Under the pieces are notes generated by a model. The model was not told the origin of the DNA. It made no database searches and was given only the letters and a program-made list of their open reading frames with translations. Below, one piece after another: positions 12,281 through 22,930 of a stretch of 64,000 bases of DNA. The stretch is from Podarcis muralis. Taxonomy: Eukaryota. Made by a program: the position numbers and the translations under genes. The DNA is taken from positions 35,526,001-35,590,000 of the forward strand of contig NC_135658.1 in NCBI RefSeq assembly GCF_964188315.1, given 5' to 3'. The stretch's first letter is position 1. Each line of letters starts with the position of its first letter.

Positions 12281-12539
12281 TCTCTCTGCTTCAGACCTGC
12301 CCATTTAAATGGATGGGCTTGCTGAGATGCAGTGTCCTTGCAACAAGCACGTGGGAAAGAGAGGACATAAGTGCTTCTTATGAGAGACCCCTCCTCCGTA
12401 TCTTACTTTTATTGCATAGAAAACTGCAGTCAAAATGAAGAAATGAAAGGTGTTAAATAGTTTCGTCCTTCTTCATTTTTCATAAAGTGTCAGCTCAATG
12501 TGTTATTTATCATAAAGTGCAAAACTAGATATTTAAATA

Positions 12540-12754
12540 CAGTGGTACCTCGGGTTACATACACTTCAGGTTACTGACGCCACTAACCCAGAAATAGTAC
12601 CTCGGGTTAAGAACTTGGCTTCAGGATGAGAACAGAAATCGCGCAGCAGCAGCGGGAGGCCCCATTAGCTAAAGTGGTGCTACAGGTTAAGAACAGTTTG
12701 AGGTTAAGAACGGACCTCCAGAACGAATTAAGTTCTTAACCCGAGGTACCACTC
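12540..12754. mobile_element. Tc1/mariner-type MITE, subfamily A, opposite orientation to the copy at 11184
   Basis: TA-CAGTGGTACCTCGGGTTA...TAACCCGAGGTACCACTC-TA. The interior is the reverse complement of the 11184 copy. Confidence 0.9.
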
Positions 12755-12888
12755 TAGTACACAACATCTTGTGGGATACCACTGTAATTACAGAATATTT
12801 AATTTTCAAAACACGAATAATGCTTGCCCTAAAATAGCTCTTCCCAAGCCCTTCATAGCAGTGCAGAAAACAATAAACTTCTGTTTAC

Positions 12889-12987
12889 CTCTTGCAGTGT
12901 GCGATCCCACGGGTGGGGAAGTCTAGACAGTGGGGACTGAACATGGACATCATCTGACTGTGAGGATTTCTTCTTTGGTATTCGAAA
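12889..12987 (-). CDS. SENP7: SENP7 coding exon 2 in window (99 bp, phase 0/0)
   Basis: AG at 12988-12989, GT at 12887-12888. Encodes FRIPKKKSSQSDDVHVQSPLSRLPHPWDRTLQE, similar to SENP7 PEDVHVQSPLSK. Confidence 0.92.
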
Positions 12988-13516
12988 CTGGAATGAAACA
13001 TTACATTTGCATTTTTTGCAGCAAAAGAATGGAAAAGAAAACAACAAAACAACATTGAACTCCCCACACTAACATTCAAGGAAAAAAGAGGTAAGGTACA
13101 GAAACTAGTAAATTATGATATTCGCATTTGGAACTCTGGGCACTGAACTTGTGAGACTTCCAGTGAAGATGGCAACAAGTAAGGTTACTTATCTGTGAAC
13201 TCTGCAGACTGTTCTGGTTTTAGTTTGCTTTTATTCTGAATACTGTTAAAGACAGCATGCTCAGCAGCATTTAACAACAACAACAACAATTAAATTTGTA
13301 TACCGCCCTTCATCCAAAGATCACAGGGCGGTTCATGACATAAACATATAAAATGAGAACACAAAATACATAATACAGCAAAAACCAATAACCCTTCCCC
13401 CACAAACACATTTAACAGACTATAGAATGTTAATCAGGCCTACTCAAAGAGGAACATATTCACCTGGTGCCTAGATGGGTAGAGAAGGCATCAGGCAAGC
13501 ATTCCACAAGAAGAAG

Positions 13517-13730
13517 AGTTTGGATTTGATATCCTGCTTTATCACTACCCGAAGGAGTCTCAAAGCGGCTAACATTCTCCTTTCCCTTCCTCCCCCACAG
13601 CAAACACTCTGTGGGATGAGTGGGGCTGAGAGACTCCAGAGAAGTGTGACTGGCCCAAGGTCACCCAGCAGCTGCATGTGGAGGAGCGGAGACACGAACC
13701 CGGTTCCCCAGATTACGAGACTACCGCTCA
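13517..13730 (-). mobile_element. MIR/Ther1-related CORE SINE (Squam3-like), 5'-truncated
   Basis: Contains the CORE motif TGACTGGCCCAAGGTCACCCAGC and a remnant of the tRNA-like head, with an AAG-rich tail on the left. Confidence 0.75.
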
Positions 13731-14280
13731 CAGAAAAGGGCCACTCTTGTATTGCCACCCTCCTCATGGAGGAGACACAAGAAGAAGGGGCTTAGATGAT
13801 GTTCACAAGGTCTGGGTTGGTTCATGAGAGCCATTTAAGGCTTTTTAAGTCTAAACCAGCACTGTGAATTGGGCCAGGAAACTAACTGGTAATCAGTGCA
13901 GTTGGACCAGGATCAGTGCAATATGTTCACACCGTCTTGTCCAGGTGACAAACCTGACCACCAAATTATGCACTAGCTGAAGTTTCCAAACTGTCTTCAG
14001 ATTCAGCCCCATGTATAATGCAGTAACAGTACAAACACGTATCAATGTTACGTAAATCAAAGCAATGTTCCTTATACGTAAGAATTTTAATTTGCCAAAC
14101 AGGTCAATCTTACGGTCATTGTAGTTATGCTCATGTATTTTTCATTTCTAAGAGTGTGGCATACATTTGTTCACATGCAAATGTTATTCCGATCCATCCA
14201 AATGGTGACATTTTAGAAAAGCTACCAAATATTATGAGCTACACTCCCAAAATAATGGATGTAGATCAAGGACAACTTAC

Positions 14281-14322
14281 TTTAGGCTGACTTGATGATG
14301 AATTTTTTCCATGCCCCTCCAT
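14281..14322 (-). CDS. SENP7: SENP7 first coding exon (exon 14281-14330; ATG at 14322-14320), encoding MEGHGKNSSSSQPK
   Basis: Polypyrimidine tract and TACAG| acceptor at 14331, ACTATGG Kozak context, AAA|GTAAGT donor. Phase 0 joins the exon at 12987. Confidence 0.78.
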
Positions 14323-15677
14323 AGTTGCTGCTGTAAAAGGCAGACAGAAAGTAGCAGTATTGTGAATGATGTTATAATCAGCATTTCCAAAAGTAGCTAA
14401 TTAAAGTATCATCAGGAGGCAATGCATATTTCCCAGATGTTAAAGGTAGGCACATCCCGGGTGAATAAAAATGTTTCTCTGGTGATTGCTTTCTCCAAAA
14501 TCTGTATACAGCTCCAAGGCAACTGCTGATCCCAAGGATGTCAAATCATAAGGAGGCGGCATTAACGACTCGCCTATTGTTTTCATTTCTGCTACTGCCA
14601 AGGACATTAACTGATAAAAAGCTGGTCTCTGCCGTTTCATTTGGCGAGTTCCAAGTTGATTGGGAAACAGAACATCCACCAATCCAGGAGCCTTTTCTAT
14701 GCTAAGCGCTACTTTGAAAGAAAAAGGTCTAATTGGTACAGCATCTTCTGCATCACAGATTTAGACTATTAAAACAATTCTGACATAGGCCTTGTACAAA
14801 TGTAATGGTACAATGGAGAGGAAATTGAAAATGCCCCATGGACTGGCATGTTCCTCCCTCTTCTTCCTCCTCCGGGCATGTTCCTTCCTTTCCCCCTTTA
14901 TTCCGCACCCCTTTCTGCACTAGCTATACTGAACATTATGTGTAAATGAGTCTAAATAGACCCATTGGGTTTAAATTTCTGAGTGGTTTTTGGCAGATTT
15001 GACTACAACATCAATAGCCCAGATCAAATAGGTACTGTGTTCTGTCTGGATTTTGAGTCGTGCTCCTCTTTATAATTGGTGCACACTCAGTGAATCACTA
15101 GTAATGTTAGCATATCTCCTTGTGGGTTGACATGTAGTGGTCCATAAGGCTTGGTTTGGAAAGAGATGCTGGGAAAGTGGTAGTGTGAGACATCATCTGC
15201 AGCAGGGTTGGGGAACCTATTTTTTAGCGTGAGAGTCACATTCTCTCCTGGGAAACCTTCAGAGAGGCCAGCGATAGGCTGACCAGACAGAGCAACAAGG
15301 GTAAATGTTATGTCTGTAAAAGAAGCAAGTTCCTACACACACACACACACACATATCTCTCCCCCTGTCCTTCATCCAGTTAAGCAAGAGGCATTATCAG
15401 AGTTCAAGGACACATCCCAACCAAGCAAAAATATGCAATGTGCAAAGCGGAACCAGCTGGAATGCAGCCTTGGAAGTGTTCTGAAGGCCAGTCAGTGATG
15501 TCTGGAAGGAGCCACTTTTGACACATACACACACCGCCCAAGTTAGTGCTAGTTAACTATTAGTGTTGCATTTCTAATTGGGAGATTAAAAATGATACAT
15601 CTCCCCCTATAACACATACACGTGTGTGAAGTAGAGATATTAACCCACCATGACAGCAACAAGAACACAATACAATA

Positions 15678-15931
15678 CAGTGGTACCTCGGGATGCGAAC
15701 GGGATCCGTTCCAGAGCCCCGTTCGCATCCCGAATAGAACGTAAGACGCGACAGTGCGTCTGCGCATGTCACGTTTCGCCACTTCCGCACATGCGCGTGA
15801 TGTCATTTTGACTGTCTGCACATGCACGAGTGGCGAAACCTGGAAGTAACACACTCCGTTACTTCCAGGTCGCTGCAGAGCGCAACCTGAAAGCGCTCAA
15901 CCTGAAGCGTGTTTATCCCGAGGTATGACTG
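15678..15931. mobile_element. Tc1/mariner-type MITE, subfamily B
   Basis: TA-CAGTGGTACCTCGGGAT...ATCCCGAGGTATGACTG-TA. Confidence 0.85.
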
Positions 15932-16499
15932 TATCAATGAACAATTGGGGGGGGGGGGGGACAAAAACCAAAAGCTGCATGTCACTGTAAAAAAAGGTTG
16001 TTCTCTAAAAATCACCTGACAACAAGAGTCTCACCCTTCTTTCAGCAAGACATTTGTATTTAACAGCTAGATGCTTGACATGACAAAATGCCACAGTCAA
16101 ACCTTTTCTTGGTCTAGAGACGAAGTAATAAGAAAAGCTTCATAGCTAAATCAATGTCTTTTTGTGAACTTTAACCTTGCAAGGAAACATCTGTACATCT
16201 AGACTGCATTGCCTCAATGTTTACAGTATTTTATCTATTCCTGTTATTATTAATGACTGGGTGAACCGGGGATAACACACCATGCATCTGATGAAATGGC
16301 CCGAGCCCCCAAATGCTGATGGCATAAAAATCCGTTAATTTCCAAGGCAATAAAAGGCTCTCGGTTGTTTTCGCTGCGGCAGCAACAAGGACTCCTTTCT
16401 GTAAGACAGGTGGGCAAGGGCTTCGTTGTTGTTGTTTAGTCGTTTAGGACACTTCGCGATACGCATAATATAAAAAACCTGGGGATTTAAAACCCCCTG

Positions 16500-17150
16500 T
16501 GTACGTTTAACTAGGACGTGGACGCCAACCGAAAGCAGCCCGGCTTCCTTCCGAGCAAGCATGCACAGGGACTGAGACTGCAATCCTAAACGCGTTTACA
16601 TGGGAGTAAGAAAGGCACACTGGCAAAAGAGCGACGCCGTCAACTCCTATTAAAAACACAGATGAGCCTCCCCCGATCCCACCCGCTCGCCTCTGATGGG
16701 ACAAACAGCGCATTATTTATGGTGCCTGGGAGTATTTAAAATGCAATCACGACCGCAGGACCAGCATCCCTCAGAAAGGAAGCGGATCCGGGCGTGTTCC
16801 GGGGGAAAGAAAACAAACCCGGGGTAGGTCCGGCCCCTTCACCACCCGCCCCTCTCTCCTCTCACCTGGCCGCGGAAACGCCACGGCACCCCTCCGAGCG
16901 CGCTCGGCTTTGTTGATCCGGAGTGGCGCCGGGAGCCGCTTGCTCTGCCCTGCGCACTTCCGGCACAGGCGCCGCCCCGCCGCTTTCTCTTCGGTGGGGA
17001 AGCCGAGCCAGGCGGCCACGTGCCGGGCGTTGCGCATCAGCCTCCTCGGCTTTCGGGCCTCTCTCCGCCCCACTTTGCCTCTCCGGGGCTGGCTGAGGAG
17101 GCCCTCCCCTCGCATGCACTCACGCCTCTCCCCCCCCCCCCCCGCCATCC
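16500..17150. promoter_or_regulatory. CpG island; probable shared divergent promoter of SENP7 (-) and FAM172B (+)
   Basis: High CpG density, ETS-type CACTTCCGG at about 16955 and GC boxes. It lies between the 5' ends of the two genes. Confidence 0.7.
16866..17010 (-). other. SENP7: Probable non-coding first exon of SENP7; 5' limit approximate
   Basis: Strong donor CCAG|GTGAG at 16865 inside the CpG island, with no ATG in this stretch. Confidence 0.55.
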
Positions 17151-17725
17151 CTTCATGGTCTTGTTTCGAAACTGCAACGGGAAAACAAAGCTTTAAAAAG
17201 TTAACATGGGGGGGGGGTGGTTGCGTTGGTTCATTTAAAGGAAGAAAAATAGTAAGCCACTCTCGAGTGAGCTTTGCAGCGCGCTTGCCTGCCTTTTCAC
17301 ACAGTGAGGGAGAAAAGCGAAGGGAGAAAAAGGTTACTGGTTTGCCCCTTGGAAAAAACGGAATACAGTATGAGAGATGAAGTGACGCCCTGCAAGGAGA
17401 TATCTTTCTGGGCTGGGTTCCAGCCACCTGATTCCTGTTGCTTGCCCTTTTGTGCTAATTAAGCATAGCTCTAACTGCTATCATGTTTTCCTTTCATTTT
17501 CTCTTCCTAAAGATGCACTCTCACCCATTTCAACTACAGTATTGTTCATATGATTTGGCTTACACTTTCTTTCTGCTTGGAGGTGTAGACACAGTCGTGC
17601 TCAATCCCAGCAATATTAAAATCTTCACTTCTGTCTCTAGAAACAGCTAGGCATGAGGAGATTACTGTTATATGAATTTTAAGGTCTTTTTATATCATCT
17701 ATCTATCTATCTATACACACACACA

Positions 17726-17936
17726 CAGTCATACCTTGGGTTACAGATGCTTCAGGTTGCATTTCTTCGGGTTACGGACCTGCCGAAACCTGGAAGTACC
17801 GGAACGGGTTACTTCCAGGTTTTGACGGTTGCGCATGTGCAGAAGCAGCGAATTGCAAGCTGCGCGTGTGCAGATGCGCCGCTGCGGGTTGTGAACGTGC
17901 ATCCAGCACTGCCCACATTCGCAACCCAAGCGTCCA
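17726..17936. mobile_element. Tc1/mariner-type MITE, subfamily B, degenerate right end
   Basis: Starts CAGTCATACCTTGGGTTACAGATGCTTCAGG and is colinear with the 18316 copy. Confidence 0.78.
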
Positions 17937-18315
17937 AGCTTTAATAAAGATCAGGCTTCCTAGTTGCTTTTATTCTCAATATTCTCTGGTTGGTCTGTTA
18001 TTTTCTCCTACCAATAGAGAACCTACAAAAGGACTCTATATGGGCTCTTGGGTACCCCATAAGGGAAAAGGAGCAGTTTTTTTCTCATCTTGTGTATCTT
18101 GTGGGCTTTTTTTATTGATAATTTATATACTACCTAATTACAATAATCGCTAAGTAACTGAATACAAGAGAGATAAAAATCAGTTAAAACTATAAAATTA
18201 GAATACAGTTAAACTGTCTGCTGGGATAAAAAATGTCTTAAGCATTCACCAGAAATTCAAAAGAGAGGGTGTAGAATCTTAGAAATGTATTTCTAGTCTG
18301 TATGTAACATAACTA

Positions 18316-18570
18316 CAGTCATACCTCGGGTTACAGATGCTTCAGGTTGCGTTTTTTTGGGTTACGGGTGCGCCAAAACCCGGAAGTACTGGAACGGGTT
18401 ACTTCCAGGTTCCGGCAGTCGCGCATGCGCAGAAGCGCTAAATCTCACTTTGCTGAAAAGTGCTGAATCTCAACCCGCGCGTGCGCAGACGTGGCACTAC
18501 GGGTTGCGAACGCTGCAGGTTGCGAACGTGCCTGCCGCACGGATCACGTTTGCAACCCGAGCGTCCACTG
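18316..18570. mobile_element. Tc1/mariner-type MITE, subfamily B
   Basis: TA-CAGTCATACCTCGGGTT...AACCCGAGCGTCCACTG-TA. Confidence 0.88.
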
Positions 18571-19604
18571 TAATGCCATTTGCTTCTGTAAACAGAAATG
18601 CTTGCTGAAAGATATTGCCTGCTTTTTCATATGTGTCAAAGGAAGTTAGTGGAAAGTTTTCAGATACCCTTTGAAGCTCCTCCCTGTTTTTGTATCCTGC
18701 AATCCATCAAGTGCTTGAAGTAATTCAGTCCCTGCTTTGTTTTGCCACTAATGGCCTTTTCTTTCTGTGCTAGCCAAAGGAATGTAACAGATAAGGGGCC
18801 TGAATTATAAGAAGGTGTGAAGGAGTTTCCCTATGTCTGGTTTTCTCAGGTCTTGATAATAGCCAGGAGGCTCCTGAGAAGGAGGGAGGAGGAGGAGGAA
18901 AGGCAGGGACAGGGTCTACATTTATCTGGGAGTTCCATAAAACTGGAAACCTGAGTTTGCTGCTTCCTTTTCTTCGTGTGTGTATATGATTTTGGTTATA
19001 TCTTTCTGCATGTACGGTAATTTTCTTAATATAAATAAATAAGGGTGCAGCCCTATAATGCTTCTTTGAAAATAACTTCTGTTGAATAGTAGAAATTGCG
19101 ATGCACAAGTAGATGTCTAGATGTGTATTGTGGGCATATGTAGGTTTACAACCCCCTAGGTATCAAGGTTAGTTTCATACATCACATTCATAAGGAGTAG
19201 GCCTACAATATTCTACATAGTGCACATTTCAAGTTGTGTGGATTGCATAGGTGTAATGTTGTATGTGTTTTGGCCATGTATGGCAGTTTTAACTTGGGAG
19301 CAATTCAGTATGGTGTTTACAGAATTAAAGAACTGGATGAAATGCAAAAAACAAGGAAACCTCAATACAACAAAGATTAGGAAGTGCTTTCCTACATTAT
19401 CAGTTTTCATGCCTATCTTTAGCATGTGGTGCACAACTGAGTTTGTATATTGTTTGCCCTTAAATTTGGCACCATAACTATACTTGATTAGGAAACAATA
19501 AGCCCCGAACTACAACATCTTAATAGTTGTACTCTGTTCAGGCAGATCTCTGAAGCAAAATATCCAGAAGTATCTAGAAGCCTTTGCTGTTATTCTCAAG
19601 CAAC

Positions 19605-19610
19605 ATGAAT
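19605..19610 (+). CDS. FAM172B: Probable first coding bases (ATG AAT) of FAM172B at the end of a 69-bp exon (19542-19610)
   Basis: TTCAG| acceptor at 19541, CAACATGAAT|GTAAGT donor. Splices in frame to 20066, giving MNWSQMNEDLSF. Confidence 0.6.
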
Positions 19611-20065
19611 GTAAGTATGTTCTGTATTTAGGGGTGTCTGTGCAGGGGGCATAAGGGGAGAGGAGATGGAGGGAAAGGTCTGCTTCACAGTCAGAAGTCT
19701 TGGCACCAATAGAACCACTTCACTGGATACTGGCAAAAGTCAAGTAGAAGTATACTAGAAATATATCCTGGGTTTTACACTGAAGTTTAGTGGGTTTGGG
19801 CCTCACCAGCACTTTAAAACGTCTAATAAACCTCTCATCATTCTGTGCTACTTTGAAAATGGAACAGGATACAAATGCAACAAACAGAAATATTTGTCAC
19901 TTTTTAAGTTGCACTGATTTAAGTTAAAGTAATTTTTACTGCCATCCCCACCTGAACAGTGATATTTTAAGATTTTCTACAATATTTTTACAAGAACTTG
20001 AATACAGATGTTTAAGAAATGTATGGTTTTTTGTTTATGTCATGATCTGCATGTTTTATTTGTAG

Positions 20066-21115
20066 TGGTCACAGATGAATGAAGATTTGAGCTTCAGAAA
20101 ACTAATAAATAGTTCAGAATGTCCAGAAACTCTCAAATATGACTTTAATAAAAACGGGGAGCTTAGGCATATGGATACCAATGAACCTTTTGTTTATGAT
20201 TATCAAGATTCACATAATGCTAATCACCGACATTATCAATCTCTTGGATACTTAATTACTCAGTATGTTTTCGAGCTCCTGGAAAAGACATGCAAACTGC
20301 AAAAGGTTTACATCCCAACAGATGCTCCAGACAATGAACGTTGCAGTTTTTTTTTCAGGAGTGAGGATGCCTTAACTAATTGCTCAACTCTGGTCGTCCT
20401 CCTTCAAGACAAGGGACCTTTTCGTGCAGGTCAGTGGGGACGAAAAGTCATCGTTCATGAAGGCCTCCAACACGGATCTCAAATACCATTCATCATAAAG
20501 GCTCTGCAGTGTTCTTGGGGAGTGATTGTTTTAAATCCCAATGATAACTTCATTGAACTGAAGACAGAACAAGAATGCTTAAGCCTGTCTGAGAAAAAAG
20601 ACTCCACATGTCCACTACAATTACCCTTGACAGTCCCAAAGAGAGAGAGCAGTAGTCCTGAAGAGCATACAAGTTACGTTTGGGACCATTTCATTTCAAA
20701 GAGCAAAGCGGAAAAGGTGGCTTTCATTGCCCATGGCTATGGAGGTTTGGTTTTCATCGACCTCCTCATGCAGAGAACTTCAGAGGTAATGAACAAAGTA
20801 GGTGCAGTTGCACTTATTGACTCCACACACCACACACCGCACCAGACACAAGGCATTTCCCAGGTGCAGGCCTGGATATGGAAACATTGCCGAGAATGGG
20901 TATCACACAGTGAACCTTTAGATAAGTCAATAGGCTTTATGGTGAAAGTGGATTGCCCTACAGTCTCCACAGGAACTGAAAATTATAGCCTGGCTCCTTC
21001 CTCTAGTCTACAGTCCATTTTCAATTATCTTAAGAATGCACTGAAAATCTTCACCAAACAACCGTTCAATCGTTCACCTATTCTTACAAGGAGCAAATCA
21101 ATGAAAACAAGTTAA
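20066..21115 (+). CDS. FAM172B: FAM172B / ARB2-domain alpha/beta-hydrolase-fold protein (FAM172A paralog), main coding exon; about 351 aa in total
   Basis: Uninterrupted ORF with FAM172 motifs GELRHMDTNEPF, RAGQWGRKVIV, GVIVLNPNDN, SPEEHTSYVWDHFI and VALIDS. TTTGTAG| acceptor at 20065. Position head-to-head with SENP7 equals that of human FAM172BP. Confidence 0.9.
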   Translation, partial: WSQMNEDLSFRKLINSSECPETLKYDFNKNGELRHMDTNEPFVYDYQDSHNANHRHYQSLGYLITQYVFELLEKTCKLQKVYIPTDAPDNERCSFFFRSEDALTNCSTLVVLLQDKGPFRAGQWGRKVIVHEGLQHGSQIPFIIKALQCSWGVIVLNPNDNFIELKTEQECLSLSEKKDSTCPLQLPLTVPKRESSSPEEHTSYVWDHFISKSKAEKVAFIAHGYGGLVFIDLLMQRTSEVMNKVGAVALIDSTHHTPHQTQGISQVQAWIWKHCREWVSHSEPLDKSIGFMVKVDCPTVSTGTENYSLAPSSSLQSIFNYLKNALKIFTKQPFNRSPILTRSKSMKTS

Positions 21116-22069
21116 GCATCTGTTATTCATACCCATTTTTTCTTCTAATAGAAGTTTTGTACTAGCTTTGATGCTTAAGCTTATCGTTGAGGTAAAAGTA
21201 CTTTATCTAAATATGGAGCATACCATTACCAGTCTAATATTTGTTGTCCCATTTCCATTTCTGAAGCTTTATGTGAATGTAAATGTAACAACTGTTCCTT
21301 GTTTCTGGCAAAACTTCCTTCCTTCCTTTGAAAAGTCTGGGGTTTAATCTGAATAAATCACTGTATACATTGCAATTTTGAGTGGAAACTTCAGTGCATA
21401 GCAAAAAGAATGAGAAAACTTTGCTTGAAAGATGGGTTTACTCATGCATCCTTCCTATTGCATCATCATACTTTGACACAATACAGTTGAGTTTAATTCT
21501 TAATACCTTAAAATATTTATTTTTTTAAATAAACCAATTTTAACATTTAAACTCCCACCCCCATCCTTTTCCAAAAGAGAATTTCCCATTTTGGGTTGTG
21601 AAACTAGAAATACCTTATATTTCTGAAGATGTAGTGTTCAGCTGATGGCTGGGAAGTTAGGACAGATATTGGGAGTAGTTATAACATTTCAGAATAAAAA
21701 CCCAGTCATTACTTTTACCTTTTCTTCAGGATGCTTCTACAGCTCTAGAATGATTCATGTTAATTATATCCTTATATAGCCCGAAAGCATTTATTTAGAA
21801 CAAGAACATATTATTCTACTGCAGCTTCTTTGACATATTAGAATTAAATAAGTTGCAGCCTAAGCAATTCCAGTCAATTCCATTGAAAAATGAATTAATG
21901 AATGTCTGTCTCTGAGGCTGACCAATATGATCCTGTGTACAAAAGACCAGTCTCGGCTCCTTTCTTCCATTCGCTTTCAAAATGCAATTGGCATATGTTT
22001 GCAGAAGACGTGGAATCATCAGCTTTAAGCAGTTCATATTCCACCTGTCACTCCTCTCCCAGTGGGGCA

Positions 22070-22235
22070 TTAAATGCCTTGATACAGAAGGTCATACTTG
22101 GGAATATTCTTTGGATCAATCGGGCTTCGTACGATGAGTTTTCCACGCATTGCTCCACGGTAAATCACCTCAATCAAATCTATGAAGTCTTGTTTTGTTT
22201 TGAAACTTCCCACAAATTTAGTGTGATCTGGAGAT
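22070..22235 (-). CDS. TXNL4B: TXNL4B (Dim2) coding exon 3 with stop
   Basis: Encodes [56 protein letters not shown] at 22236-22237. Confidence 0.96.
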
Positions 22236-22706
22236 CTAAGTAGGAAAGCAAAAGGGAACAAAGTAAATGAAAGCTGGAAAAACAACATACAAGCTTAAAT
22301 TCTGAAACAGTTATATTTCCAAGTATGAACCCTAAAAAAACTCATGCACAAATCATTTAGTCTTTAAAGCAGGGATGAGAAACATTAGGGGCCAAGTGTA
22401 GCTTTTTGAGTCTCTACCTGAGGCTTTGAGACTCTTCCTCAAGTACCTTGGCCAGGCTGGAACATGTTCTTAACTGTGATGTTGCATTTTGCTTACCTGG
22501 ATGGAGAGATGCAAGCCACTTAACAGCAGGCTGGGGAACCCTATGGCCCCACTCCCATGGGCCAATTTTGACAGGTGGGCTGGATAGTTTTGCATGAAAC
22601 AGCCTGGCTGACCAAATAAGGAGGCCTGGTGGGCCAGAGACTCCCTACCCCTGGCTTAGAGGCGTTGATGATTAAAAGGTATATATATCCTGTTAAATGT
22701 GGTATA

Positions 22707-22930
22707 CAGTGGTATCTCGGGTTAAGAACTTAATTCGTTCCGGAGGTCCCTTCTTAACCTGAAACTGTGCTTAACCTGAAGCACCACTTTAGCTAATGGG
22801 GCCTCCTGCTGCTGCCACGCCGCCGGAGCACAATTTCTGTTATCCTGAAGCAAAGTTCTTAACCTGAAGCACTATTTCTGGGTTAGCGGAGTCTGTAACC
22901 TGAAGCGTCTGTAACCTGAAGGTACCACTG
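22707..22930. mobile_element. Tc1/mariner-type MITE, subfamily A
   Basis: TA-CAGTGGTATCTCGGGTTAAG...GGTACCACTG-TA. Confidence 0.9.

Noticed and set aside
14440-14520. By-eye resemblance of LELYTDF...RNIFIHP to a bornavirus matrix segment, and of FSFKVALSIEKAPG to a paramyxovirus matrix segment
   Set aside because: Too short, gapped and mutually inconsistent, and recalled from memory. Not evidence of viral origin without a profile search.
16771-17427. Several long overlapping ORFs in the CpG island (likewise 25319-26222, 32894-33829 and 63445-63894)
   Set aside because: Low-complexity Arg/Pro/Ala/Gly frames expected in GC-rich promoters. Only the parts matching TXNL4B, PCNP and ZBTB11 exons are real.
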